Below, piece by piece: positions 1 through 11,046 of a stretch of 64,000 nucleotides of DNA; the stretch's first letter is position 1, and the number at the start of each line of letters is the position of its first letter. Below the pieces are notes generated by a model. The model was not told the origin of the DNA and did not search any database. It saw only the letters and a list, made by a program, of their open reading frames with translations. This stretch comes from Octopus vulgaris. Taxonomy: Eukaryota. The position numbers and the translations under genes are program-made. The stretch spans positions 7,998,001-8,062,000 of the forward strand of contig OX597821.1 of NCBI GenBank assembly GCA_951406725.2, in the 5' to 3' direction.

Positions 1-239
1 ATTTTGCTATTAATAAATGAAGAGTATTTTCCATTTTGTTGTATTTTTCCTTTCTCATTAAACAGAAATGAATGTCAGCTGAAATAACGAATAAATTACT
101 GTATACGAGCGACAAAACCTAGCAACAACAAAAGACAAATGTATGTGTGAACGTGTGTGTGTGTGTATGTGTGTGTGTATGTGTGTGCAAGCGCACCTAT
201 GTGTGGTCTGCATTCTTACCCACATACAGACAGAATTTT

Positions 240-444
240 GTTAGTAAATGCATAATGGAAAATTTTGTCAGTAAATGCTTAAAGGAGAAGCTGAATAAAC
301 AGGGATTTTCAGAAAGAGAAATAGACCGGCTAATTCGTACATTACAAGTGCAATCTGTAACTGGAACAGTGAAAATATGCAAGACTTTTCTCAAGTTCCA
401 AATATGAATTTGTTTGTGTTAACTACATCCCAAAGATGGAGCCT
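240..444 (+). mobile_element. 3' end of an RLE-type (R4/Dong-like) non-LTR retrotransposon
   Basis: The C-terminal peptide FVSKCLKEKLNKQGFSEREIDRLIRTLQVQSVTGTVKICKTFLKF* is typical of RLE retrotransposon ends. Confidence 0.6.
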
Positions 445-953
445 GGATCTTTTCTTTTTGAACGGCACTTTCTAACAATTTCTAGGTAACTAAAAAGTTT
501 TAAACTTCGTATACTGGTAGAATGTGTTTATAAAACATCATTTTCTCTTGGCTTTATTGAGAAAATTCTATAGTTTGTAAGATATTTCGTCTGAAATTTC
601 GAGCATTTCGGCAATTTTAACCAATCAATTACCTCCATTGATGTAAACAACATTCCGTGCTGTATGAATATGTCCCACGTTTAAGAAACAGATTGGGTTT
701 ATTTACATTTGTAAATAAAAAAGAATACCCTTCCCCCACCCCTAACCCTAAATCTAAAATAGATTGAAATGCAATAGATCGATACTAGAACCATAATTAT
801 GGGTGACATTTTCATTTGACACCGCTAGAAAAAATCCCATTTTCCGTAGCGGTGTCGTATGAAATTGTCACCTATAATTATAACCCTAGTATCGATCTAT
901 TGCATTTCAATCTATTTTAGAGTTAGGGTTAGGGGTGGGGGGAGGGTATCTTT
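445..953. mobile_element. Foldback/MITE of the GGATCTTTTC-terminal family, right arm truncated
   Basis: Same terminus and internal blocks as the element at 7247-8211; internal palindrome at 721-953. Confidence 0.65.
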
Positions 954-956
954 ACC

Positions 957-1924
957 TGTCTGTTCATTCCAGTAGACTATGTCCACATACAAAAATAATT
1001 AAAAAAAACAAATGGCCTCTTGGACCCTGTTGTGTCCACTACTCTGATTGGTTGGTATTGCCGCAATTTGTCTCTTGCTCTATTACGCGCCAATGTGCAA
1101 CCCAAACAATCGCAGCCTTCTGATAAGGTCCCGTGACACAGTCTTCTAAATCTCCGTTGGAGCTTCCTAGCTCCTATAAAAGCTAGTTACAACAACCGTA
1201 TTTTGTCTTTGGTTCTAGACCTTCTAAGGTCTAACCACTGAGCACACAGCCAGTTCCAGCGACAACCACACCAGCAGCCCACATGGAGACTCAACTTCGT
1301 CTAGCAGCATTCAGGATCTCCATCTCCGTCGCCTTCATCTTAACGACGTCAACAACATCTCTACGTACACAGCAACAATCGCTCAGGCTTAACTCCTCAC
1401 TGTTTGTGAATTACCTCACCGTGGCTAACAGAAAGTACTACTTGCGAGATCTTCCTGTATCAAGTAACCGGCTCAGCATAGTAGCCACAACCGCTTACAC
1501 GACACGTGCTTCAACCGGCTCTGCATTGTAGCCACAACTTCTTGTTACACCACTTCAACTATTGTGTACCTTACTACGAACTGGTATTTATCTTCATTGT
1601 GTCTGAACTTCTAGCGTCCTATTGTAGACTCTTTCAATGCTCTGTATTTTATCTAACACGCATACACCCTTGTTTGTACACACGTACACATTATGTATGC
1701 ATGACGGCCTGACTATTATTATTATTATTATTATTATTGTTATTATATATGTACTTATGTCACATACACAGACACACACATGTTAACACCTAAATAAAAC
1801 CTTTCTCTTAACATTCTATGGTTGTGTCGTTTCTTTTCCTTCTGGCACTCATTCTCATTTATCCTTTTTGCTTTTATTGTAAAGCGACCGTGCGGTGTAT
1901 TAAAGGAGTCATTCATTCGTCACA
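957..1924 (+). mobile_element. Possible solo LTR
   Basis: CCAAT boxes (1048, 1090), TATAAAA (1175) and AATAAA (1793); ends ...TCACA. TSD not identified and left boundary uncertain. Confidence 0.35.
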
Positions 1925-2239
1925 TCTCCTTTCGCACGGTCGTTCTACATATCTATATGTGCACACATAAACACTTCATACATATAGGCTTTCTATTTTC
2001 CTTATATATAGTAATATTAATATATGCTGGGTACAAAGTCTATGAGCAACGAGAATCCACTACAACATTGAATGACTACAATTTGTTTACAAGGTTTAGA
2101 ATATCAATTGTAGTGCGACGTGCAGCTAGTTACACCTTTGATAGACGGTAGTCATTACGCAATATGTCAATTATATCAGCTCCCTGATGTGACGATGTGT
2201 AGAAACAATTGTAGTGATATGGAATAACGAATGTCTTAT

Positions 2240-2830
2240 ACAGTAATCCCTCGACTATCACGGGACTATACGTTCCAAAGCTCCCCAGCGATAGGTGAAA
2301 AACCGCGTAGTAGAAACAGTACTGTACTACTCTTTTACTTGTTTCTGTCATTTGACTGCGGCCATGCTGGAGCACCGCCTTTTTTTAGTCGAGCAAATCG
2401 ACCCCGGGACTTATTCTTTGTAAGCCCAGTACTTATTCTATCGGTCTCTTTTGCCGAACCGCTAAGTGACGGGGACATAAACACACCAGCATCGATTGTC
2501 AAGCAATGCTAGGGGGACACACACGCATAATATACACATATATGACGGGCTTCTTTCAGTTTCCGTCTACCAAATCCACTCACAAGGCATTGGTCGGCCC
2601 GGGTCTATAGCAGTCCCACTGCCGCGCAGTGGGACTGAACCCGGAACCATGTGGTTGGTTAGCAAGCTACTTACCACACAGACACTCCTGCGCCTGTATA
2701 TTTTTTCATTATTTTTATAATTTGTAAATATTTATTTTATTATAAATGCAAAACAACTCCACGGAGAAATCGACGTAAGCTTAAATAGTAAACAGCGATA
2801 GGCAAACCGCGATATGGCGAGAGACTGTTG
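2240..2830. mobile_element. Tigger/pogo-like MITE interrupted by a SINE
   Basis: Left end TA-CAGTAATCCCTCGACTATCACGG; degenerate right end CCGCGATATGGCGAGAGACTG; SINE nested at 2330-2697. Confidence 0.5.
2330..2697 (-). mobile_element. tRNA-derived SINE (dominant family)
   Basis: Reverse-complement copy of the family consensus: head GGCGCAGGAGT..., tail GACTGAAACAAGTAAAAGAG. Confidence 0.85.
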
Positions 2831-3261
2831 TGTACTTATATACTGATGAAAAGCAAGGATTGAAATATCTACAAAAATGCTCCCTTTCCTAGTGATTTGT
2901 TTTCTCATAATTTTCAGAAACACGTATTATTTCTCTGGAAATTTTCTACAAATACTTTTCAGATGTTATAGATTAAGATTATATCGGAATTTGATAATCC
3001 CCTTGTCTCTCTTTGTTTGTCCCCTCTATGTTTAGCTCCCTGTGGGCAATAAAGAAATAAATATGTAAAAAAAGGCACAAAAATACTGGTAGGTGCGCAT
3101 ACATGAATACTGACACACATAAAACTTTCGTTAGCTATCTTAATACAGTTTCTGAGCTCCTTTAATATGTTAAGTTCCTTTCGTTTTGTACCATAGATCA
3201 CCAACCAAGTTAGCCAAGAATATCACCAAGGAAAAAGCAAAAAGTTATAAAACAAAAGTTA

Positions 3262-3660
3262 TAGGCGCAGGAGTGGCTGTGTGGTAAGTAGCTTGCTTAC
3301 CAACCACCTGGTTCCGGGTTCAGTCCCACTGTGTGGCAATTTGGGCAAGTGTCTTCTACTATAGCCTCGGGCCGACCAAACCCTTGTGAGTGGATTTGGT
3401 AGATGGAAACTGAAAGAAGCCTGTCGTATATATGTATGTGTGTGTATATGTTTGTGTGTCTGTGTTTGTCCCCCTAGCATTGCTTGACAACCGATTCTGG
3501 TGTGTTTACGTCCCCGTAACTTAGCGGTTCGGCAAAAGAGACCGATAGAATAAGTACTGGGCTTACAAAGAATAAGTCCCGGGGTCGATTTGCTCGACTA
3601 AAAAAAGGCGGTGCTCCAGCATGGCCGCAGTCAAATGACTGAAACAAGTAAAAGAGTAAA
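3262..3660 (+). mobile_element. tRNA-derived SINE (dominant family, about 400 bp, over 20 copies or fragments in the window)
   Basis: A-box TGGCTGTGTGG, B-box GGTTCAGTCCC, CORE-like TTGGGCAAGTG, central (TA/TG)n and (GTAAAAGA)n tail. Confidence 0.88.
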
Positions 3661-3984
3661 GAATAAAGATACACAACTCTTTCAGTTCAAGGGAGATAAT
3701 AGACTAATATATCTAGCTCAATCTGAAGCTGTTTGCCAAAGTGAAATAATTCTAGAGTCCTGCCAGATGGGCTGGAATGTATCCAGGACCCCAAAGCAGT
3801 GATTTTAGACCGAGAAGTGTGGCAGGGGAACTTTGTGGCTGCGACCGGGTTGGAACCCGGTTATAAAGAAAAAAAAAAAGACAGAAGAAAAAAGATAGTA
3901 AATTTTTAAAATGTAATAAAAAATATGTAGTTGATTCCTTTGTGCAGGCAAAAATATGCAATATATAGAAAAAAAGTTACAACG

Positions 3985-4230
3985 GGCGTTAGGGCTAGGT
4001 TTTAGGGTTAAGGTTTAGGATAGAGTTAGATCTAGAATTAGGGTTTGGGGGATTAATATTAAGTTTTAGGGTTAAGATTTAATACTAGAGCAAGAGTTAA
4101 GGGCTAGATTCTACAGATGATAGAATTTGAGGTTAGAATTAGGTTTAGAGTTTAGTGGTTAGAATTAAAGTTAGGGTTTGAATTAGCGTAGGAGTTTAAG
4201 GTCACTGTGGGTAAGGGTTAGAGTTACGAT
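3985..4230. repeat. Degenerate TTAGGG-like interstitial telomeric repeat tract
   Basis: Many TTAGGG/TTAGAG/TTAAGG hexamers. Confidence 0.65.
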
Positions 4231-5129
4231 TATGTCGATGAAATTTAATGTAATAACTATTTCGTTGCCATTTGCGACCTCATGAATTATTAAAAAAAAT
4301 TTTCTATCTCATGGTTCTTCTTTCTTCTTTTCCTTGTTCCTCTTTTTCCATTTTTTCTCACAGTTTTGGATTTATATTTTTCATGTGGTTTTACATTATA
4401 TATGTATGATACATACGTGTTATATTCTAATAAAATGCTGTAAATGCTTTTGTATAATAAATTAGGAATTTTGTGAAAATGGGGTTTAACTACCAGTTCA
4501 TTATGTTGAATGTTTTAAACATCAAACGTTACACTATTTGTTTTTCCAAATGGCCGCTTGTTATTTTTCAAAGCGCCCCAACCGTGACTATCCCATCCAT
4601 TTTATTATAATTATTTTGTTTTCGTGAAAGCAGCTAGCCGACAGAACCATTATTGCACCGGACAAAATGCTTAGTAGGATTTCTTCCGGCTTTTTACACC
4701 CTGAGTTCAATTGACGCGGAGGTCGACTTTGTCTTTCAACCTTTCGGATCAATAAAAGAAATACCAGTTGAACACTGCGTTCGATGTAATTGCCTTTTCA
4801 ACATGAAAATTTCTGGCCTTGGGGGCTTACGTTTCCTACTAACTTTCTTTTCTTTTTTCTTTCTTTTTTTTTTGTAAATAAGGATAGATATATTTTTGCA
4901 TACGCAGATGAATCAATTTCTATTGGCGATCTCGGAGTCTGAGCTCAGAAAATACAGCTCAAACTCAGAGAAATTCAATGGAAATTATAATTCAACAGAC
5001 ACAAAGCCTGAAATTTTGGGAGTGGAAGCAGTCGTTTAATTCAACTCTAGTGCTCAACTGACTTATTTCATCGACCCCAAGAGCAAATGAAAAGTCGACC
5101 TCGACGGAATTTGAATAGAAATGCAGGTA

Positions 5130-5530
5130 AGCGCAGGAGTGGCTGTGTGGTAAATAGCCTGTCTACCAACCACATGGTTCCGGGTTCAGTTCCACTGCGT
5201 GGCACCTTGGGCAAGTGTCTTCTACTATAGCCTCGGGCCGACCAAAGCCTTGTGAGTGGATTTGGTAGACGGAAACTGAAAGAAGCCTGTCGTATATATG
5301 TATATGTGTGTATATGTTTGTGTGTCTGTGTTTGTCCCCCCTAGCATTGCTTGACAACCGATGCTGGTGTGTTTACGTCCCCGTCACTTAGCGGTTCGGC
5401 AAAAAAGAGACCGATAGAATAAGTACTGGGCTTACAAAGAATAAGTCCCGGGGTAGAGTTGCTCGATTAAAGGCGGTGCTCCAGCATGGCTGCAGTCAAA
5501 TGACTGAAACAAGTAAAAGAGTAAAAGAGA
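5130..5530 (+). mobile_element. tRNA-derived SINE (dominant family)
   Basis: Full-length copy abutting the promoter. Confidence 0.88.
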
Positions 5531-5599
5531 GTAAGCATTTTGTCCAGCGCACTAACGATTCTGCCAGATCACCCCTTATTTATAAGAATTACAATAGAG

Positions 5600-5700
5600 C
5601 AAGAGAGGCCGGGAAATCAGTCGCTAAGTTGCAAGTCGAATCCAAGAGCAAACAACTCCTCGCTGTCTTGGCAACGACGGATCTCGCGAGATTCCCGCCA
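5600..5700 (+). promoter_or_regulatory. CpG-rich core promoter with TCTCGCGAGA palindrome and E2F-like and RFX-like motifs
   Basis: Local CpG enrichment. ATCTCGCGAGAT at 5681-5692, TTCCCGCC at 5692-5699, GCCGGGAAA near 5608 and TTGGCAAC near 5668. A strong donor follows at 5860/5861. Confidence 0.65.
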
Positions 5701-5860
5701 CATCGTCTCCATTGTTTTTTGGGGTTGGTCGAAAGTTTCCCTCATTTCGGGGCAGATTTTTATGTTTTATTTCATGTTTTGTGGGGAAACAGTAAAAAGA
5801 CCAACTTTTATGGGACGTTCTCAAAGATAATTCATCTACTGAGTAAATTTTGAATAGCAG
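5700..5860 (+). other. Putative non-coding first exon (start approximate), shared by the DUF4817-like ORF and the CWC25-like gene
   Basis: Ends in the consensus donor CAG|GTAAGA immediately downstream of the promoter motifs. Contains a 22-codon uORF at 5762-5830. Confidence 0.55.
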
Positions 5861-7067
5861 GTAAGATTAAAAAACATTTTTTAATTAAAGCCTAGCTCTG
5901 TGTTTTATTGTTTGTGTAGTTTGATGGAAAGAGGAAAGAAAACAAGTTAAGGGGTCCCCGCTGCCAATTAGTGTGCTTAATTAGCGTCTAATTAAGAAGC
6001 TAGGAGACTAAACTACTTTCAAATTACTTCATTGTTTGTAAATTCCCACATTTTGTCTTTATATATCTCCTCATCCGTCGCAAATAAAAGAAAATAATTA
6101 ATATTTCTGAGCTTTTCTATTTTTTTTTTTGTAAGGCATAATTAATGTATAATCGATTGTTGATTGGTGAAAGTGAAAGTTGTGCACCAAAGCTCGACGA
6201 TTGTCAGCATGTAAGGAATGCACCAAATCGCAATATCTGGTGTGGCCTTTCTTTTCTCTAACACGAGTATGTTTTGAGAGAGACATGCCTGCTATTTCTT
6301 GAAGGTCGTGCGTCGGCGTGTAGGCTTCCCTCGTTGCTTCTGAGTAGTAAACAGTTGGTGTTTTGCGCCTATCTGAATAGATCCAGTCAGTCCCTTCGAC
6401 GCACCGATCTAAAATCATCAAGAAGCATGAAGCCAATGAAAGAGTTTTCATATAGTCACTCGACATGCTAGAAATAGCAGTCAGATCTTCCTTATTTTAT
6501 ACCCAACTGCCTCGAGGAAAGAAAAGAGACGCATTAGATAATGTAATCCCGATGGTCATTCCCAGATAGAATGTCTTTTGATCATATGTTTGTTTAATCC
6601 GCATTGACTTGGAAACTGAAAGAACAACCGTGTATTTAATCTAGATCCTTTCTGATCTTAATCCGTCTGTGAGAAATATTAAAGGATGATCTTGGATTAT
6701 AGCGTGTCACTTTCACTTTGTCGAACTGTAGTTGGGTTCAGTTTGTTTTTGGTACCTGCAGAATTTTTGTTTTCGTGTCAGCTTGTTTGTCATAGGACAT
6801 AGTTTTGGGGGCAATTATTGTACACATAAGCTGGGCAAAGTGAAACCCAATGCCAAATCGAAAGTAGGCTTTCACTTACACGCAGCACTTTTCGGCATTC
6901 CCAGTTTATATGTACAGTAATCGAAAGAGCGGCAGTAATTGTTATTTGTGCTGTTGTTGCGGTTGATTTTTCCTGCTGTCTGAGATTCTGAAGAATTCTT
7001 GTTGTTAGATTTGGTTATGACTTCTGATGATCGCACAGAAGCTCCATAATAAGGTAAAAAAAAAAAA

Positions 7068-7160
7068 GTCATCACGTTGAATGCCTCGTCCGATCACCAA
7101 AGTTAAGCAACGTTGAGCTTAGTACTTTGGTGCCCCCTTGAGAAACCTCGGTGCTCTAAT
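7068..7160 (+). pseudogene. 5S rRNA-derived fragment (pseudogene or SINE3 head)
   Basis: CACGTTGAA...CTCGTCCGATCACCAAAGTTAAGCAACGT...TTAGTACTT...GGTGCT follows the invertebrate 5S sequence with deletions. Confidence 0.75.
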
Positions 7161-7246
7161 CATCTTGCTTTCAAATTTTTGCACAAGGCCAGCAATTTCT
7201 GGTACTTACTTTATCGATTCCGAAAGGAGGAAAGGGCACAGACGAC

Positions 7247-8211
7247 GGATATTTTCGCTTTGACCGGCAGATTTTAAAAATAATTTCTTTGTAACTAAAC
7301 ACTTTTAAACTTCTTTTTCTCTTAGCTTTCTTGAGAAAATTCTGTGGTTTGTAAGCTATTTGTTGTTTAATTTCTTGCATTTCGGCAATTTCAACCAATC
7401 AATGACGACTATTGAGGTGAATACAATTTCTCTGGATCTTTGTCAACAACAATTATTTGCGACATATTTCATATCAGTTATGTTCATATGAATAAAAGAT
7501 TATCGTTATTAAACTTTTATTAATAAACACATATTCTAAGTTCACAACATAAGCAGTTTTAATTTTCCTCTCTGTTGCACAGATTCACACATTACATATT
7601 ATATATTCGTTTAAGAAACAGATTGGGTTTATTTACATTTCTGAAGAAAAAAATATACCCTTTCCCCCACCCCTATCCCTAACCTTAACCCTAACCCTAC
7701 CCCTACCCTAACCCTAACTCTAACCCTAGCCCAACCCTAACGCTAACCCTAACCCTAACTCTAGCCCTAACTAACTCTAACCCTAACCCAACCCTAACCC
7801 TAACACAAATCGAAATGCAATTGATCGATACTAGGGTCATAATTATAGGTGGACACTAAAGAGGGAATGGCTTTGTTATCCAGCTCTGTTTACGAGAGAC
7901 CCCTCAGTTTATGGCCACATGGTATCCTTTTTCTCATAAATAACAGGAACAAATTCATATGATGCCGCAAATAATTGTTGTTGACAAAGATCCAGAGAAA
8001 TTGTATTCATCTCATTAGACATCATTGATTGGTTGAAATTGCCGAAATGCAAGAAATTAAACAACAAATAGCTTACAAACTACAGAATTTTTTCAAGAAA
8101 GCCAAAAGAAAAAGGTGTTTCATAAACACATTCTACCAGTATACAAAGTTTAAAAGTGTTTAGTTACAAAGAAATTATTTTAAAAATCTGCCGGTCAAAG
8201 CGAAAAGATCC
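7247..8211. mobile_element. Non-autonomous DNA transposon with ~230-bp TIRs, 8-bp TSD and internal (CCCTAA)n
   Basis: TIR GGATATTTTCGCTTTGACCGGCAG / CTGCCGGTCAAAGCGAAAAGATCC. TSD CAGACGAC at 7239-7246 and 8212-8219. It splits an older repeat. Confidence 0.88.
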
Positions 8212-8493
8212 CAGACGACCTCGGTGGTGTCTGAACTCAGAACGTAAAGGTGGACGAAATGGCGCGGTGATGATTCTGTCAGCTTGCTACCTAACTCTTT
8301 CAAATGTTATAATACTAATACAAATACTAACCACACTAGAGTGCAATATCATAGCATAACAATGTTTACACCAATCACACAAGATTCCAATATCATAACA
8401 GTGCTTGAATTCCATCATCCATTATTGTGACACGTGTCATAATTGTAGCATCCACTGTGGTCACAAACTGTTGGCCAATTTAGTAACTTTCAC

Positions 8494-8656
8494 AGGCGTA
8501 GCAGTGGCTGTGTGGTAAGTAGCTTGCTTACGAACCACATGGGTCCGGGTTCAGTCCCACTGCGTGGCACCTTGGGCAAGTGTCTTCTACTTTAGCCTCT
8601 GGCCGACCAAAGCCTTGTGAGTGGATTCGGTAGACGGAAACTGAAAGAAGCCCGTC

Positions 8657-8702
<46 letters not shown>

Positions 8703-8927
8703 GTACGTGTGTATATATGTTTGTGTGTCTGTGTTTGTCCCCCAACATCGCTTGACAACCGATGGTGGTGTGTTTACGTCCCTGTAACTTAGCAGTTCGG
8801 CATAAAAGACTGATAGATTAAGTACTAGGCTTACAAAGAATAAGTCCTGGGGTCGATTTGCTCGACTAAAGGCGGTGCTCCAGCATGGCCACAGTCAAAT
8901 GACTGAAACAAGTAAAAGAGTAAAGAG
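8494..8927 (+). mobile_element. tRNA-derived SINE (dominant family)
   Basis: Full-length copy. Confidence 0.88.
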
Positions 8928-9699
8928 TGATCACAATATTTCAGTGTTATAACATTATATTTTCTGCTAGAAATAGCTGTCAAATCTCCTTTATCATCAT
9001 TGTCATCACCATCATCATCATTATTATTTTAATGTCCATTTTTCCATGCCTGCATGAGATGGATTTTCTGTGGTTGGATTTTGCTTCTTGTCAGCAAGCC
9101 TCACCTGTTTCCAGATACAGATAAGGGAATATTCTCTCACAATCAAACTTGTTTTCCCTTAAGATTGGAAACAAAGGACACCACTTGCATGATGGTGGCA
9201 CTCGTTTACAATTATCACATGAATTCAAGGCAAGGAGACAGCAACAAAAACACATGTATACATATATATACAAATATGACGGGCTTCTTTCCGTTTCTGT
9301 CTACCAAATCTACTCACAAAGCTTTGGTTGGGCTGAGGCTATAGTAGAAGACACTTGTCCAAGGTGCCATGCAGTGTTAAGACAAGGAGACACAAATGAA
9401 TATATTATCAAGGCATTGTTTTACAGCTTGATGCAATACACCTAGTCACCTCTTGTGCAGCACTGATGCAATGTGGAACACCATTGAGTGCAGGGTATGA
9501 TTTATTTGTTTAACATTTAAACCAGGCTTATCGAACCCAAATATTCTACTTGTTTTAATGTTCAAACTGGTCGCATCCAGCCTCTCACACATCTCCTACA
9601 ATGTCATTCTTAAAAAATAAACATTCACATCATCAAAATATCAAAGTTATGTGATAATACATGATTAGTTCAAAACAATGTGAATAAATAAGCTTGTTT

Positions 9700-9970
9700 G
9701 TGTGTTGTGTTCTTGAGCAAGACACTTTATTTCATGTTGCTCCAGTTCACTCATCTGTAGAAATGAGTTGTGACATCACTGGTGCCAAGCTGTATTGGGC
9801 CTTTGCCTTTCCCTCGGATGACATCGGTGGTGTGGAGAGGGGAAGCTGGTATGCATGGGCGACTGCTGGTCTTCCATAAACCACTTTGCCTGGACTTGTG
9901 CATTGGAGAGGAACATTTTGGGTGCAGTCTCATGGTCCTTCATGACTGAAGGGGGTCTTTATCCTTTTAC
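9700..9970 (+). mobile_element. Second, CORE-like SINE family fragment
   Basis: TTGAGCAAGACACTTTATTTCA...TCCAGTTCACTCA block, also seen near 14740, 20445, 27150 and 56870. Confidence 0.6.
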
Positions 9971-10566
9971 TTTTGACAGAAAAATCTGAAAGGTAAAAAG
10001 TAAAAAAAAACTGATTGGAACTGTCCAGTGTATAAGTGGTAGAACCAAAGCTTTGCATAAAAAGATGACTTTCTGTGCCAAAGGATTTGTGATGTTTTGA
10101 GCTGGGATATTTATAAAGGGTGTGAATGGAGTTTTGTCTTCTACTTTAATTTCTCATGTTACCCTTTTTTATTCTGCTGCTCCTAGTGCCGGTGGTGGTT
10201 GGGGGCTTTGACTTGTCTTTCTTTCATCATTCATTCATTCCTTTCAGAAAACAATAAGACAATACCTACGATATACTGGGGAAGCCTGATTCAATCACCT
10301 TATAGTTGTTCCTCTTAACAGACCATCTTGTGTTTATATTTTGCTGTTATATGTTCTATTTTTTAAAATTATCATTGTGTCTCTTGTATTTTTATGTTCA
10401 ATTAACATGTTTTAAATATTTATTACCATAATAATAATAATAATAATAGTAATAATAATAATAATAACGATTATAATAATAATATTGTTATTATTTCAAA
10501 ATGAAGTATAGGTCTCTAGGTTGGGGATCAGTTTACTGTTTTGATTTTTTTTCAGAGTGCCCAGCT

Positions 10567-11046
10567 ATGTGTGACCAAAGCCCTTACAGTATAGAGGAGA
10601 GACTGATAGCCTCTGTTTGGATGCATGAGCGTGTACGAAACCGACAGAAAGTTCCAGAGATAAGACGAGCGTTTGAGCAGCGCTTTGGGAAGCAGGCTCC
10701 CACTCCTCGGATTTTACGTGAGTGGGAAAAGAAAGTTTTTGAGACCGGCAGTGTTCTGGATGCTTCTCGCTGTGGGCGGCCGGCGACATCTACTGAGCAC
10801 ATTGTGGCTGTGGAACAGTCAATCTTGAACTCACCAACGCAATCGACACGAAAGCGCTCAGCTGAGCTGCAAATACCTAGAAGTACTTTACAAAAAGTAA
10901 TGAAACTTAATTTACAGCGTAAAGCATTGAACATGAACAAAACAACAGACACCTCTGTTCATGAAACAGAAGCTCTTGCTAATAACAATAACAATAATAA
11001 TAATAATAATATTAATAATGATAATAATGACGATGATGTTCAATAA
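10567..11046 (+). CDS. DUF4817-like helix-turn-helix protein (Tc1/mariner transposase N-terminal DNA-binding region only), 159 aa, with poly-Asn tail
   Basis: YSIEERL...IRRAFEQRFGKQAPTPRILREWEKKVFETGSVLDASRCGRP...SPTQSTRKRSAELQIPRSTLQKVMK is a typical mariner-type paired HTH. Acceptor TTTTTTTTCAG| at 10555, ATG at 10567, stop at 11044-11046 overlapping AATAAA (11045-11050). No DDE domain. Confidence 0.8.
   Translation: MCDQSPYSIEERLIASVWMHERVRNRQKVPEIRRAFEQRFGKQAPTPRILREWEKKVFETGSVLDASRCGRPATSTEHIVAVEQSILNSPTQSTRKRSAELQIPRSTLQKVMKLNLQRKALNMNKTTDTSVHETEALANNNNNNNNNNINNDNNDDDVQ

Noticed and set aside
935-1123. ORF starting MGGG, as a possible missing CWC25 N-terminus
   Set aside because: It starts at a GTG within the foldback arm and continues YLYLSV, not DLNLKKSWHP.
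3259-3802. Recurrent short ORFs ([30 protein letters not shown] and similar) throughout the window
   Set aside because: Translations of the multicopy SINE, not genes.
6098-6466. 122-aa minus-strand ORF with a signal-peptide-like start
   Set aside because: It overlaps decayed copies of a common repeat (GCTAGAAATAGC / GCTATTTCT blocks) and has no recognisable domain.
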